A DNA stretch of 64,000 bases, taken from positions 1 through 64,000 of the forward strand of contig JBFRWN010000082.1 in the NCBI GenBank assembly GCA_051439605.1, in the 5' to 3' direction. Source of the DNA: Synechococcus sp. GTDB taxonomy: Bacteria; Cyanobacteriota; Cyanobacteriia; Thermostichales; PCC-7336. Positions within the stretch are counted from its first letter, which is position 1; each line of letters opens with the position of its first letter. This document shows positions 20,566 through 32,411 of the stretch, in pieces. The translations under genes were made by a program, and so were the position numbers. The notes beneath the pieces are model-generated. The model made no database searches. It was not told where the DNA came from and saw nothing but the letters and a program-made list of their open reading frames with translations.

Positions 20566-23500
20566 ATGACTCAATCCTTTCTCGAACGACTGCAAAATCA
20601 TGTGCTGGTCTTCGACGGGGCTACAGGTACCTCCCTGCAGGCCCAAGAGCTTACTGCAGAAGATTTTGGCGGCCCCGAGTTAGAGGGATGCAACGAATAT
20701 TTGGTCTTCTCCAAACCTGAAGCAGTCGAGAAAGTTCACGTAGGTTTCCTAGAAGCTGGCGCTGATGTCATCGAAACCGATACCTTTGGTGGCACTTCAA
20801 TCGTATTGGCAGAATACGACATTGCCGACAAAGCCTACGAACTGAACAAGACTGCAGCTGAAATTGCGAAGCGCGCCGCTACCTGCTATTCAACCCCAGA
20901 CAAGCCCCGCTTCGTCGCAGGCTCAATGGGGCCGGGGACAAAATTGCCCACCCTGGGTCACATCGACTTCGACACCATGGTGGAAGCCTATATCGAGCAG
21001 GCAGAGGGGCTGTACGACGGTGGAGTAGATCTGTTTATCGTAGAAACCTGCCAGGACGTACTGCAAATTAAGGCAGCCCTGAATGGCATCGAGCAGATAT
21101 TTAAGCGGAAGGGCAAACGCTTGCCGCTGATGGTCTCCATCACGATGGAACAGCAGGGGACAATGCTCGTTGGTTCCGAAATTGGTGCGGCTCTGACCAT
21201 TTTAGAACCGTTTTCCATTGACGTGTTGGGGCTCAATTGCGCCACCGGACCAGACCTTATGGTGGAGCACATCCGCTATCTCTCTCAGCATTCGCCATTC
21301 CACATTTCCTGCATTCCCAATGCGGGATTGCCAGAAAATGTTGGCGGCCAAGCTTTTTACAAGCTGACACCGGAGGATTTGCAGAAATACCTGCGCCGGT
21401 TTGTGGAGGAATTTGGTGTCAGCGTCATTGGAGGCTGCTGCGGTACCCGCCCCGATCACATCAAATCGTTGGTGGACACGGTTGCCGAGCTGAAACCCAA
21501 AACTCGCACCCCTGAGAGGATTCCGGCCTCTGCATCCATCTACAGCTCCCAACCTTACGACCAAGACAATTCGTTTTTGATTGTTGGCGAGCGCCTCAAT
21601 GCCAGCGGATCGAGGAAATGCCGTACTTTGTTGAACGATGAAGACTGGAACGGTCTGATTTCCCTAGCGAAATCCCAAGTGAAAGAAGGGGCGCACGTTC
21701 TAGATGTGAACGTTGACTACGTGGGTCGCGATGGTGTCAAGGATATGCACGAACTGGCCTCCCGGCTGGTGACCAGCGTGACGTTGCCATTAATGCTGGA
21801 CTCGACCGAATGGGAAAAGATGGAGGCGGGCCTCAAAGTGGCTGGCGGTAAGTGCTTGCTGAACTCCACCAATTACGAAGATGGCGAAGATCGCTTTTAT
21901 AAGGTCCTCGAGCTGGCAAAGACCTACGGTGCTGGAGTCGTCGTCGGAACCATTGACGAAGAGGGCATGGCCCGGACTGCAGAGAAAAAATTCGAGATTG
22001 CCAAGCGGGCTTACGATGCAGCAATCGCCTACGGTTTACCCCCCTACGAAATCTTTTTCGACCCCTTAGCTCTACCTATTTCCACCGGTATCGAAGAGGA
22101 TCGCCTGAATGGAAAGGCCACGGTGAATGCCATTCGTCAAATTCGCGAAGAGCTGCCCGGTTGCCATATCCTGCTCGGCATCTCAAACGTTTCCTTTGGC
22201 CTTAACCCCGCAGCCCGCATTGCCCTCAACTCGATGTTCCTGCACGAAACACGCGAGGTGGGTTTGGATGCAGCGATTGTCAGCGCCAGCAAAATTCTGC
22301 CTCTGTCGCGCATCAAGGAAGAGCACCAGCAGGTGTGTAAAGATCTGATTTACGACCGGCGCAAGTTTGAGGGGGATGTGTGCGTTTACGATCCCCTCAC
22401 CGAACTCACGACCCTGTTCGAAGGGGTGTCAGCCAAGCGCGATCGCACGGTAGACGCCAACCTTTCTCTAGAAGAAAAACTCAAGCAGCACATCATCGAT
22501 GGGGAACGCATCGGACTCGACGAAGTACTGGCGGAGGCTCTGGAAAAATATCCACCGTTGGCGATCGTGAACGAGTATCTCCTTGATGGCATGAAGGTGG
22601 TGGGAGATTTGTTTGGCTCAGGTCAGATGCAGCTACCGTTTGTGCTGCAGTCAGCGGAAACCATGAAAGCTGCTGTGGCCTATCTGGAGCCCTACATGGA
22701 AAAAGTGGAGGGATCTACAAAAGGGAAGCTGGCGATCGCCACTGTAAAAGGGGACGTCCACGACATCGGCAAAAACTTAGTAGACATTATCCTGACCAAT
22801 AACGGCTACACCGTCTACAACCTGGGTATTAAGCAGCCAGTGGATAACATTATTGCCGCCTACGAAGAGCATCAGGTGGACTGTATTGCCATGAGCGGCT
22901 TGCTGGTGAAATCTACCGCATTCATGAAGGAAAATCTGGCCACCTTCAACGAGAGAGGCATCACGGTGCCGGTAATCTTAGGGGGGGCTGCACTCACCCG
23001 TAAGTTTGTGGAAAAAGATTGCCAAAGCACCTACAACGGTCGAGTAGTGTACGGTCGAGATGCCTTTTCCGACCTGCATTTCATGGACAAGTTGATGGCA
23101 GCGAAAGGAGAGGAAAATTGGGACGATCTGCAGGGATTTTTAGACGAAGAAATCGAGGTGCCGGTCGGTAACGGGCTTGTAGAAGCAGTCGAGCAGGCTG
23201 AGGCTGAATCTGTCGGAGCGACTGCCGAGCCAGAAGTCATCGATACCAGACGGTCCGAAGAGATTGACCCCGACATCGATCGCCCGCTCCCTCCTTTCTG
23301 GGGCTCCAAAGTTCTGTCGGGCAAGAATGTCCCCTGGGAGGAGGTTTTTGGTTACATCGATCGCCAAGCCCTAATTGCCGGTCAATGGCAAATCCGCAAA
23401 CCTCGCGAGCAGTCGAAGGAGGAGTTTGAGCAGTTCCTCAAGACGGAGATCGAACCTATTTTGGAGGACTGGAAACAGCGAATTGTTTCGGAAGACTTGC

Positions 23501-24153
23501 TACATCCAAAGATTGCCTACGGGTATTTCCCCTGTCAGGCGGATGGCAATACTGTCCTAGTTTACGACCCGGCTGAATTGGCGGGATTAACGCCAGAATC
23601 CTTGGATTCGTCAGCTTTTGCGGGCGATCGACCCAATCTATCAAGTGCTGAAACGGTATTAGCAGCAATCGAGTTCCCTCGGCAAAAGACCGACCGCCGT
23701 CGTTGCATTGCGGATTTTTATGCCCCAAAAGAACAAGGGTTTGCGGATGTTTTCCCGATTCAGGCGGTCACGGTTGGAGAAGAGGCATCTATTCTCAGTC
23801 AGCAGCTATTTGCGGAGAATAAATATACTGACTACCTTTACTTCTACGGCCTCACGAACGCGCTAGCTGAGGCATTGGCGGAATGGGCACATGCCCGCAT
23901 TCGTCGGGAGTTGGGGTTTGGGGAAGAAGATAGCCCTGACATCCGCCGGATTCTGCACCAGGGCTATCGGGGTTCCCGCTACAGTTTTGGCTACCCCGCT
24001 TGTCCCAATATGGCCGACCAGCATCACCTTCTCAAGTTATTAGATTGCGATCGTATCGGTCTGATTATGGATGAAAGCGAGCAGCTCCATCCCGAGCAAT
24101 CCACCACTGCTCTCGTTGCTTATCATCCGAAGGCTAAGTACTTTAATACTTAA
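20566..24153 (+). CDS. metH: Cobalamin-dependent methionine synthase
   Basis: [36 protein letters not shown]12-binding motif, [10 protein letters not shown]. Confidence 0.98.
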   Translation: MTQSFLERLQNHVLVFDGATGTSLQAQELTAEDFGGPELEGCNEYLVFSKPEAVEKVHVGFLEAGADVIETDTFGGTSIVLAEYDIADKAYELNKTAAEIAKRAATCYSTPDKPRFVAGSMGPGTKLPTLGHIDFDTMVEAYIEQAEGLYDGGVDLFIVETCQDVLQIKAALNGIEQIFKRKGKRLPLMVSITMEQQGTMLVGSEIGAALTILEPFSIDVLGLNCATGPDLMVEHIRYLSQHSPFHISCIPNAGLPENVGGQAFYKLTPEDLQKYLRRFVEEFGVSVIGGCCGTRPDHIKSLVDTVAELKPKTRTPERIPASASIYSSQPYDQDNSFLIVGERLNASGSRKCRTLLNDEDWNGLISLAKSQVKEGAHVLDVNVDYVGRDGVKDMHELASRLVTSVTLPLMLDSTEWEKMEAGLKVAGGKCLLNSTNYEDGEDRFYKVLELAKTYGAGVVVGTIDEEGMARTAEKKFEIAKRAYDAAIAYGLPPYEIFFDPLALPISTGIEEDRLNGKATVNAIRQIREELPGCHILLGISNVSFGLNPAARIALNSMFLHETREVGLDAAIVSASKILPLSRIKEEHQQVCKDLIYDRRKFEGDVCVYDPLTELTTLFEGVSAKRDRTVDANLSLEEKLKQHIIDGERIGLDEVLAEALEKYPPLAIVNEYLLDGMKVVGDLFGSGQMQLPFVLQSAETMKAAVAYLEPYMEKVEGSTKGKLAIATVKGDVHDIGKNLVDIILTNNGYTVYNLGIKQPVDNIIAAYEEHQVDCIAMSGLLVKSTAFMKENLATFNERGITVPVILGGAALTRKFVEKDCQSTYNGRVVYGRDAFSDLHFMDKLMAAKGEENWDDLQGFLDEEIEVPVGNGLVEAVEQAEAESVGATAEPEVIDTRRSEEIDPDIDRPLPPFWGSKVLSGKNVPWEEVFGYIDRQALIAGQWQIRKPREQSKEEFEQFLKTEIEPILEDWKQRIVSEDLLHPKIAYGYFPCQADGNTVLVYDPAELAGLTPESLDSSAFAGDRPNLSSAETVLAAIEFPRQKTDRRRCIADFYAPKEQGFADVFPIQAVTVGEEASILSQQLFAENKYTDYLYFYGLTNALAEALAEWAHARIRRELGFGEEDSPDIRRILHQGYRGSRYSFGYPACPNMADQHHLLKLLDCDRIGLIMDESEQLHPEQSTTALVAYHPKAKYFNT

Positions 24154-24172
24154 GGGATGACTGCTGAGAAGT

Positions 24173-24691
24173 CTAAATTCTGCGATAGGTTTCGTAACGA
24201 TATCCCTCATGCTGCTCGCTGCGGAGCAGCTGAAATTCTTTACCGATGAGATGTTCATAGGCAGGGAAAAATGTATCTCCTGTGTGGCTTGATTCCACAA
24301 TCGTGAGTTCTAAGATGTCGGTGATGGGCAGTGCCTGTTGGTACAGGGTACCGCCACCAATGATAAAAATCCGATCGCAGTTGTCCGCAGCCGACAACGC
24401 TGCTGTCAGCGACTTAGCAAAGGTGAGTTGGTATCTTTCTGTTTTGCAAGTCTCGGACCTGCGATCGCCATCCGGCGTTTTGGAAACCACAATGGTATGG
24501 CGTCCCGGTAGCGGACAGTTTTCCAGATCGAACTCCCAAGTTTTACGACCGACAATGACTGTGTGTCCCCAAGTGATCTGCTTAAATCGCTGCAAATCTG
24601 CTGGGATGTGCCAGGGGACTTTACCGTTTTTGCCAATGACCCGATCTCCCTCAGTTAACGCCGCGATCGCAATGATTTCCGGACTGTTCAT
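24173..24691 (-). CDS. folA: Dihydrofolate reductase
   Basis: RVIGKNGKVPWHIPADLQRFK, VGRKTWE, LPGRHTIVVS, FIIGGGTLY, GDTFFP. Confidence 0.93.
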   Translation of the reverse strand: MNSPEIIAIAALTEGDRVIGKNGKVPWHIPADLQRFKQITWGHTVIVGRKTWEFDLENCPLPGRHTIVVSKTPDGDRRSETCKTERYQLTFAKSLTAALSAADNCDRIFIIGGGTLYQQALPITDILELTIVESSHTGDTFFPAYEHLIGKEFQLLRSEQHEGYRYETYRRI

Positions 24692-24795
24692 GCAAATTCG
24701 AGAAAAGATGCCTGCTTATAGTGCCACAATCGGACTCGGGTACAAGACGAGCCATCGCGCTCGTGTCCCCGCGATTTCATGAATCATTGAAATTG

Positions 24796-25443
24796 ATGAC
24801 CCATCGATCCTATTTATATCTGCACGGTTTTGCGTCAGGCCCCAGCTCTTCGAAAGGGGTTTTTCTCAAGCAAAAACTTCAAGAGAAGGGGATCGATCTG
24901 CAAATTCCCGATTTTAATGCAGGGGGCTTTTCGGACTTGACGGTGAGTCGACAAATTCGGCAAGTGTGCGATCGCCTGCCCGCAACTCCTGCGATCCTGA
25001 TCGGTTCCAGCTTGGGGGGGCTGACGGCAGCTTGGGTGGCGGAAACCATGCTGCAGGTTGAAAAGATTATATTACTGGCCCCTGCATTTGAGTTTGCTCG
25101 ACGCTGGCAGCAAGTGTTTGGGGAAGTCGGACTATCCGAGTGGCAAGCACAAGGACAGCGGTGGTTTTACCACTACGGCCAGAAACAAGAGCTTGCTCTG
25201 AACTATGGGTTTGTGGAGGATGCGATTGGCTATCGGGAAATCGACTTGAAGCGGAAGGTACCGACTGTCATCGTGCATGGGCAACAGGATGAGGTCGTAC
25301 CGGTGGAAGTGAGTCGAGCTTATGCAGGTGAACGGGATTGGGTAACGCTGCACGAACTAGACAGCGATCATTCCCTCGGAGATTTGACCAGTAAGGAACG
25401 GATTTGGGAACTCGTACAAGAGTTTTGCGCGATCCAAAGCTAA
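24796..25443 (+). CDS. YqiA/YcfP-family esterase
   Basis: YLHGFASGPSSSK, IGSSLGG, LLAPAF, HGQQDEVV, SDHSL. Confidence 0.88.
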   Translation: MTHRSYLYLHGFASGPSSSKGVFLKQKLQEKGIDLQIPDFNAGGFSDLTVSRQIRQVCDRLPATPAILIGSSLGGLTAAWVAETMLQVEKIILLAPAFEFARRWQQVFGEVGLSEWQAQGQRWFYHYGQKQELALNYGFVEDAIGYREIDLKRKVPTVIVHGQQDEVVPVEVSRAYAGERDWVTLHELDSDHSLGDLTSKERIWELVQEFCAIQS

Positions 25444-25482
25444 AGCAGTTTGAAAATCGAGATCGGCTAGAGTTTTGAACGA

Positions 25483-26898
25483 CTATAGGCTAGAGCGCTT
25501 GGGTACATCTCGATTGCCGAGGGCAACTGAAGTATCTTGCAGCGCTTCCAGCTCCCGCTCTACTTCCTCCCGCTTCAGTGTGGCCAGATTGGGTATTGGT
25601 GTCTCAGAAGTCTCTCTGTCGAAGTTTCCGGTGGCGCTATCGTTTGGCAGCCAGCGAATCAGGGGTAATGGTAATAGTGTCGTCAGATTGGTAATGACTA
25701 CTAGCGTTGCCAATGTTGAAAAATCCGTCTCGGTGACCCCCAATCCCTGCATCAACAGGGCACCCAGCTCTCTCGAAAGCAGTCCGGACAGATTTAGCAG
25801 CGACATCAACAGGGCAAATAGCGTGGCTTCAATTCCTGGGGGACAAAGACGAGCTGCCAGCACCAAAATGGGCATAAAGGCAATTTCTCCTGCCACCGTC
25901 AAAATGACGCTGTCCCCCAAACTGAACCACTCATCCGCAATTCCCCAAATGCGATTGGTGTGGGTAACTAGAATCAGACTCGTCAACCCCAGCCCAAAAG
26001 AAATTAAGGTCATCCATACAAAAATCTTGCGCAGGGGCACATCTCGCAACCACCTCTGAAAAATCCCGATCCCCAATAAAGCAGCCACGCTAGTAGCCAA
26101 GCGAACTCGCCCCAAGAACTCCGGGCCGAATCCCAAATCGTTGGTCACGAAATAAAAAAACGCCGATTCTGCGCTGGGGGTGGCTTGCCACAGACAAATA
26201 AATGCTGTTGGCAGAAAAATGCCTGGCAACCGAATAGCTTGCCAAACTTGCTTCACTTGCCCCAAACCGCTGGTTGAGGGTCGTGATGCTCCGGTGGGAT
26301 CTTCAGAAATGGCGATCGCCGCCATTGCCACCAAGAGGGGAAGTATAGCAGTCATCCCAAAGACAGTTTTTGGGCCGACCACATCCAAAAGAGCGCCCCC
26401 CCAATAAGCGGTCAGAATTGACCCTAATGCAGTCGATCCCCAAGCCATAGACTGCAAAGTCCCTGCCCCCGACCGATCCTCAGCTCGAGTACGCTCTACT
26501 ACCAAAGCATCCACAATCACATCGGCGATCGCGATCGATAGCGAGCTAGTGACCATCGCCGCCGTGGCCGTCCACACAGAATTGGCTACCGTTGCCAACC
26601 CAATCCAAGACAAGCATCCGACAGCCCCCGACAACATCAAGTAGGGGCGGCGGCGGTATTGGGCAATAGGGTAGGTATCGGAAATCCAGCCATAAAGGGG
26701 CTTGATTGTCCAAGGAACGGATGCAATCCCCAAAAATGCAGCGAGTTCGGCAGGTCCAACCCCCAACACATCTTTGAAGTAAAAGCTCGTTGCCAACTGG
26801 GATAGCCCCAGCGCCCCTTGTACGAAATACACTAGCAAAATTGCCAGCAGTTCAGGTGACCAACAGGTACGCTTCAATCCCGGAAAGGAAAAGGCCAT
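25483..26898 (-). CDS. Folate/biopterin transporter (BT1/FBT family MFS)
   Basis: VYFVQG, PWTIKPLYGWISD, YRRRPY, RLCPPGIEATLFALLMS. Confidence 0.92.
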   Translation of the reverse strand: MAFSFPGLKRTCWSPELLAILLVYFVQGALGLSQLATSFYFKDVLGVGPAELAAFLGIASVPWTIKPLYGWISDTYPIAQYRRRPYLMLSGAVGCLSWIGLATVANSVWTATAAMVTSSLSIAIADVIVDALVVERTRAEDRSGAGTLQSMAWGSTALGSILTAYWGGALLDVVGPKTVFGMTAILPLLVAMAAIAISEDPTGASRPSTSGLGQVKQVWQAIRLPGIFLPTAFICLWQATPSAESAFFYFVTNDLGFGPEFLGRVRLATSVAALLGIGIFQRWLRDVPLRKIFVWMTLISFGLGLTSLILVTHTNRIWGIADEWFSLGDSVILTVAGEIAFMPILVLAARLCPPGIEATLFALLMSLLNLSGLLSRELGALLMQGLGVTETDFSTLATLVVITNLTTLLPLPLIRWLPNDSATGNFDRETSETPIPNLATLKREEVERELEALQDTSVALGNRDVPKRSSL

Positions 26899-27186
26899 GC
26901 AGGAATGTAAAGAAAAATAAATATCTCCCTCATTCTATTAGCTAAATAGCCTCTTGACTGTTGATGAAGCTGTTGCCATCTCAGGTAGGACAGCAAGATC
27001 TTGTCCCAGTCAGGATTTTAGATTGCTCAGATTTCTCAACCGACTTGAATGCAGGTATAAATTACCAGCTAGCGCTGAGAACTTTGACCATAAACTTGCG
27101 CACAACGGCAGTTGGCAAGGTTGCGACACTCATTTGGGCAATCATTGTTGCACGTAGCTCCTGATGGCCTGTCACCAAAATCGATC

Positions 27187-28338
27187 CTAAGCAACAGGCT
27201 CTGGTTCCACAGGTTGGATACCTTCAGCTTCTTCCAAACCGGGTAGTGCCAACGCACCGCACTGCGCCTGCTGCCGAAGGAAGTGATCGCATAAAACTAG
27301 CGCCACCATCGACTCCACCATCGGTACCGCCCGAGGCAAAACACAGGGATCGTGGCGGCCGCGAGCTGCCAGTATCGCCTCTTGGCCATCTTTCGTGACA
27401 GTATTTTGCTCTTTGCGAATGGTGGCGGTGGGTTTAAACCCCACTCGAATTACAATAGTTTCTCCGTTGGAAATCCCTCCCTGAATACCGCCGGAACGGT
27501 TGGTGACGGTGCGGATGCGATCGCCATCCATATAAAACTCGTCGTTATGTTCTTTCCCAGTTAGGTAAGTCCCTGCAAATCCCGAACCAATCTCAAATCC
27601 CTTACTTGCAGGCAGCGACATCGCCCCTTTGGCTAAATCCGCCTCCAACTTGTCAAACACCGGTGCCCCCAAACCCACGGGCACGTTACGGGCAACGCAT
27701 TCCACCAGCCCCCCAATGGAATCTCCCTGCTTGCCAGTCTCTTGGATTAGCTCGATCATCTCTTCCGCTAACGCACCGTCAGGGCAGCGGACGATATTCG
27801 ATTCGACGTCCTCCAGCGTCACGGTATCGGGATCGATGTCGGCTTCTAAGTCTTTAATGCGCTTGACGTAGCCAATCACTTCTACACCAGCTGCCAACTT
27901 CAAAATCTTCTTGGCGATTGCCCCAGCCGCCACGCGACCGATGGTTTCGCGGGCGGAGGCACGCCCCCCCCCTTTCCAGTTGCGGATGCCGTATTTTGCT
28001 TGGTAAGTGGCATCGGCATGGGAGGGTCGAAAGGTGGTTTTCATCTCCGAGTAATCCTGCGAGCGCGCATCTTTGTTGCGCACGATGATGTGGATTGGAG
28101 TGCCAATGGTCAGCCCTTCAAACACCCCCGATGTAATTTCGCAGGTGTCGGATTCTTTGCGAGGGGTAACGATCTTGCTTTGACCGGGTCGACGGCGATC
28201 GAGATCCACTTGGATTTCATCAGCGGTAATCGGCACCCGTGGTGGGCATCCGTCGATAATCACCCCGACCGCACCGCCATGGGATTCGCCGTAGGTGGTG
28301 ATGCTAAAGAGCTGTCCAAAAGAATTACCGTTTGCCAT
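27187..28338 (-). CDS. aroC: Chorismate synthase
   Basis: [39 protein letters not shown]. Confidence 0.98.
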   Translation of the reverse strand: MANGNSFGQLFSITTYGESHGGAVGVIIDGCPPRVPITADEIQVDLDRRRPGQSKIVTPRKESDTCEITSGVFEGLTIGTPIHIIVRNKDARSQDYSEMKTTFRPSHADATYQAKYGIRNWKGGGRASARETIGRVAAGAIAKKILKLAAGVEVIGYVKRIKDLEADIDPDTVTLEDVESNIVRCPDGALAEEMIELIQETGKQGDSIGGLVECVARNVPVGLGAPVFDKLEADLAKGAMSLPASKGFEIGSGFAGTYLTGKEHNDEFYMDGDRIRTVTNRSGGIQGGISNGETIVIRVGFKPTATIRKEQNTVTKDGQEAILAARGRHDPCVLPRAVPMVESMVALVLCDHFLRQQAQCGALALPGLEEAEGIQPVEPEPVA

Positions 28339-28514
28339 GCGATCTGTTGGTATGCGTGGGAATAGTGTCGACCGAAGAGCCTATTGTTAAGGCTGTGAGA
28401 ATCTTAGCTTAGCGGGGGATTAGGTTCGCTCTCAAGCAATTCAAGTTGCTGCGAGATTCATGCTTCTCTGAACGCTGATTGGCTACTTTCCAAAGGGGGG
28501 AAATTCTTGGCACA

Positions 28515-29000
28515 TTACTGGCGATCGCCCATCGCTCGGTTCCACAAAAAATGAGCAGGGCCCTTTTTTTGAATGGATGCTGCTAATTTCTCCAGCGCCA
28601 ATCTTTCTCTCGCCGAAAGTCCAAACAACTCGTACTTGCAATGCCACAGAAGGGTGGTCAGAGTCACAGCCGCGCAGGTACAGAGACCAAATCCGGCCAC
28701 AGGATCGAAGATCAGAGAATATTTCAGCCCTGCCCACGTAAAAAACTCTAGCAGCCGACGAAGCTCGGTGCGTAACAACCATAGGGACGGTAGCCCTAAA
28801 CAAATCCACAAGAGAGCGACAACACCCCAGCGGCACTGAAATTGCAACTTCAACAATCTCTCAGCTACGGGGGAGAGAACCGTTGTCTGGTGCCACTGAT
28901 AAGAGTTCCGAGGGTCGATCGCACGAATTCCTTGATTGCAAGATGTGAGTTGCGATATGTACTGCCGTTCAACATAGATCGAGAGTTGCCGATCCCACAC
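28515..29000 (-). CDS. Hypothetical membrane protein
   Basis: Two hydrophobic segments; co-oriented between secF and aroC; start uncertain. Confidence 0.65.
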   Translation of the reverse strand: MWDRQLSIYVERQYISQLTSCNQGIRAIDPRNSYQWHQTTVLSPVAERLLKLQFQCRWGVVALLWICLGLPSLWLLRTELRRLLEFFTWAGLKYSLIFDPVAGFGLCTCAAVTLTTLLWHCKYELFGLSARERLALEKLAASIQKKGPAHFLWNRAMGDRQ

Positions 29001-29063
29001 AGATCAACCAGCCAATCCCAAAATGCCCATTTCCTATGAAATGCGCATCACTCCTAAAAACCA

Positions 29064-30008
29064 TCAAATAACTCCATCTTCCGGTAGACCTTGCTGCAGC
29101 TTAGGGCTGGCATTGCTGGTGGGGTACTTTTCCCGCCACCAAGTCAATAGAGTACTGGCAATGAAAATGCTGGAGTAAGTGCCCCAAGCAAAACCAATCA
29201 AGAGGGCGAGAGAAAAGTAACGCAGCGTGGGGCCACCGAATAGGAAGATCGCCAACAGCGCCAGCATCGAGGTCAAAGAGGTATTGATGGAGCGGGCGAA
29301 GGTCTGGTTCACCGAGATGTTCACCACCTCCGGGAAACGGGTTTTGCGACTGAGCAGGCGACGGCTGTTTTCGCGGATGCGATCGTAAATCACCACGGTG
29401 TCATTCACCGAGAAACCAATAATGGTCAACATCGCCACCACAAATAGCTGGTTCACTTCCACCCCCAAAGCGATTCCCAAAATGGCAAAGATCCCAGCAG
29501 TAATCAGGATGTCGTGCATTAGGGCCACAATCGCGAAGATGGCGTAATCCACTTGAAAGCGGAAACTGACGTAAACCACGATCGCCGCAAACGCCACCAC
29601 AATGGCCAGCAAGCCAGTTTTCAAGAGGGTTTCCCCAATTGCGGGGCCAATGGTTTCCACCAAATCACGCCTGAAAGGGCCAACCTCTTGCATCAGCGTC
29701 TCTTCCAGTTCGAGGCGCTCACCCTCACTCAGGGGAGGAGTCCGAAGAATCGCCGTTTTCGAGGTGGTGCGATCCACCTGAATCACGCTACTGCCCAGCT
29801 CTTGGGAAGCCAAAACCTCCCGCAACTGAAAATCGGTTACTGGCTGCTCGAACTCTGCCTGCAGAAGGGTTCCCCCCGTAAAATCTAACCCTAACCGCAG
29901 CGGTGCTCCCGTTTGGGCAAAGCACATTGCCATCGCCACCAAGCCCGCCAAAATGCAAGCTGCAGAAATAGTAAACCAAGTCTTACTGCGACCAACGACA
30001 TCAATCAT
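29064..30008 (-). CDS. secF: Protein translocase subunit SecF
   Basis: LGLDFTGGT, HDILIT, GFSVNDTVVIYDRIREN, RSINTS. Confidence 0.97.
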   Translation of the reverse strand: MIDVVGRSKTWFTISAACILAGLVAMAMCFAQTGAPLRLGLDFTGGTLLQAEFEQPVTDFQLREVLASQELGSSVIQVDRTTSKTAILRTPPLSEGERLELEETLMQEVGPFRRDLVETIGPAIGETLLKTGLLAIVVAFAAIVVYVSFRFQVDYAIFAIVALMHDILITAGIFAILGIALGVEVNQLFVVAMLTIIGFSVNDTVVIYDRIRENSRRLLSRKTRFPEVVNISVNQTFARSINTSLTSMLALLAIFLFGGPTLRYFSLALLIGFAWGTYSSIFIASTLLTWWREKYPTSNASPKLQQGLPEDGVI

Positions 30009-30029
30009 TTCTCAATTCCTATCTCGCCA

Positions 30030-31340
30030 TCAAGCCACAGATTTCACACCAAAAATTTCCGGCTTACGCAGGCCGCTACTGGACAGCAGCATTAACAACA
30101 GCGTACGGGTACAGGTCAAAGCCGTGAAGAAGCTCACTAAAATGCCGATCGCCAGCGTCAGTGCAAATCCTTTTACCAGACCCGTTCCCAGCCAAAACAG
30201 GACGAGGCAAGCCAATAGCGTTGTGACATTACTATCTAAGATGCTAGCTAAAGCCCGACTAAAGCCCTCTTCAACGGACTTATACACGGACTTTCCACTA
30301 CGCAATTCTTCGCGGGTGCGCTCGAAAATCAATACGTTTGCATCCACAGCGATTCCAATACTGAGGATGAAACCCGCAATGCCCGGTAGGGTCAGTGTCA
30401 CGCCCAACAGCTGGAAAATGGCAAAGGTCACCAATGCATAAATCAGGAGTGCGACACTGGCCATCAACCCTGGTACGCGGTAGTAAACCAACATGTATCC
30501 AAAGGTTAGAACCAACCCCCCCAATCCTGCAATCAGACTGCGCTTGACGCTAGCCGCCCCCAGAGTCGCCCCAACGGTGCGATTCTCAATGACTTCCACC
30601 GGAACGGGTAAAGCACCAGCCTCTAGTTTGGTGGCTAGGTCAGTGGCTTCATCCACCGAGAAGTTTCCGTTGATCACGGCCGCTCCACCGGTAATTCCCG
30701 TGCGAGCGAATTCGGCAGCGACCACTGGGGCACTGATCAAATTGCCGTCCAAGAATATCCCCAGAGCGCGACCCGTTCCCGCTATCTCCTGAGTGATTTC
30801 AGCAAACAAGGTAGCCCCCTCTGTATCAAAGGTAATAGCCACTTGCCAATCACCGCCTGCCCTTTGGGGGGCACTGGCCACCGCACTGCGCAGTTGGGCC
30901 CCTGTTAGCTCTGTCCGTTCAAACACCCTATCGACATCTTCCGGAGGCAGCAGGGGATTGCCGGTTTCCGGATCGCGGGGAACCACTTCCCCCAAAATCT
31001 GAGCGCGAAATTCTAGTTGAGCTGTATCTTGCAACACGTCTACCGCCCGGTCTGGGTCTTCTACGCCAGGTAATTGAATAAACAGGCGATCGTCACCGCT
31101 ACGCTGCAGGACTGTTTCGGATACCCCAAACCCGTTAATGCGCTGTTCGAGGACAGACTCAAGTCCCTGCATCACCTGTGGGGTAATTTCCGGTACCTGT
31201 TCGGTGGGTTGTGCTTGCAAGGTCAGTTGGGTCCCCCCTTGAAGGTCTAACCCCAGCTGCACTGGTTTAGTGGCAACTATATAGATGGCAGCCGCCACCG
31301 CCAACACGATGCCAAAGATGCGGCCCGCTAGTTTTCCCAT
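30030..31340 (-). CDS. secD: Protein translocase subunit SecD
   Basis: LGLDLQGG, GALPVP, LTLPGIAG, AVDANVLIFER, DSNVTT. Confidence 0.97.
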   Translation of the reverse strand: MGKLAGRIFGIVLAVAAAIYIVATKPVQLGLDLQGGTQLTLQAQPTEQVPEITPQVMQGLESVLEQRINGFGVSETVLQRSGDDRLFIQLPGVEDPDRAVDVLQDTAQLEFRAQILGEVVPRDPETGNPLLPPEDVDRVFERTELTGAQLRSAVASAPQRAGGDWQVAITFDTEGATLFAEITQEIAGTGRALGIFLDGNLISAPVVAAEFARTGITGGAAVINGNFSVDEATDLATKLEAGALPVPVEVIENRTVGATLGAASVKRSLIAGLGGLVLTFGYMLVYYRVPGLMASVALLIYALVTFAIFQLLGVTLTLPGIAGFILSIGIAVDANVLIFERTREELRSGKSVYKSVEEGFSRALASILDSNVTTLLACLVLFWLGTGLVKGFALTLAIGILVSFFTALTCTRTLLLMLLSSSGLRKPEIFGVKSVA

Positions 31341-31551
31341 ACTTTAGAACTGCTCGCAATCTCTCGATCGAGACGTCAAGCACGCTACTTTACGACATCA
31401 GTCATCATAGGCGATCGCCCGAAACCCTCAGGATTCTTTTTCCCAAGCTTCACACTCCTCATGCCCCACAGCAGAATCTCTCAGCAGGGTTACAGAAGAT
31501 GGAAATCAACTTGCTCCCATTAGCAGGTGGAACTGAGAAGCCCGTGCGGTT

Positions 31552-32262
31552 CTAAAGCATGAGCTGCGCTCGACCAAGACAGGTAACGGATGCAGGCGTA
31601 ACATCAAATCGGTAGGGCAGGATCTCTACTCCCGCATTAGCTGCCAACCGCAACAACTCCCCGTAGGTAGAATCTTTTTCATCTCCGGGCGCAAATTCCG
31701 TACAATCGCCGCGATTGATAAAATACAGCATCACCGACCTCACTCCATCCCCTACAGTTTCCGTCAACTCTTGCAGGTGTTTCTGACCGCGCGCAGTCAC
31801 TGTATCTGGAAAAAGCGCCCTAGGACCATCACACCAAGTAGTGTTCTTGACTTCTACGTAGGCCACTGTCTCGTCAGGGTAGGTGAGCAAAAAATCAATT
31901 TTGCTATTCTGTCTTCCGTAGGGGGACTCCCGTCGCATCTTGCTGAATCCTTGCAGCTCTGGGAACCAGCCATGTTCTAGACCGTGACCCACTATCCGAT
32001 TCGGAGCCGCTGTATTCACCCCCACCCAGACCTTGTCCACCCAGATGGCCTCCCAGGTATATTTCAACTTCCGCTTGGGGTTATCGTGGTAGCTCACTAA
32101 AACAGGTGATCCCAATTCGCACACCCCCGTCATGGGCCCTGTGTTCGGGCAGTGGGCAGTCACGATCTCTCCAGATTCCAGCTCAATGTCCGAGAGGAAT
32201 CGTTTGTATCGCTTGCGCAAAACACCAATTTGGGTGGAAGGCAACGGGTAAGGATGGTTCAC
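31552..32262 (-). CDS. sfsA: DNA/RNA nuclease SfsA
   Basis: RYKRFL, AHCPNTGPM, YVEVKNTT, FPDTVTARGQKHL. Confidence 0.95.
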   Translation of the reverse strand: MNHPYPLPSTQIGVLRKRYKRFLSDIELESGEIVTAHCPNTGPMTGVCELGSPVLVSYHDNPKRKLKYTWEAIWVDKVWVGVNTAAPNRIVGHGLEHGWFPELQGFSKMRRESPYGRQNSKIDFLLTYPDETVAYVEVKNTTWCDGPRALFPDTVTARGQKHLQELTETVGDGVRSVMLYFINRGDCTEFAPGDEKDSTYGELLRLAANAGVEILPYRFDVTPASVTCLGRAQLML

Positions 32263-32411
32263 GCTAAATCCAATAGCAAGGACAAGTCAACGGACAAAAA
32301 ACTCAGCGAATATAAGGATGCGATAGGCAAAAGAGACACAAAAAACACATCTATATGGACAAGATTCGATAATGTAAGTGAGTCTAAGAGCTATTTCTGC
32401 TTGACTTTGCC

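Noticed and set aside
27062..27145. 27-aa minus-strand ORF (MIAQMSVATLPTAVVRKFMVKVLSASW) after aroC
   Set aside because: AGGAG is present but distant; no codon enrichment or following terminator, so support is insufficient.
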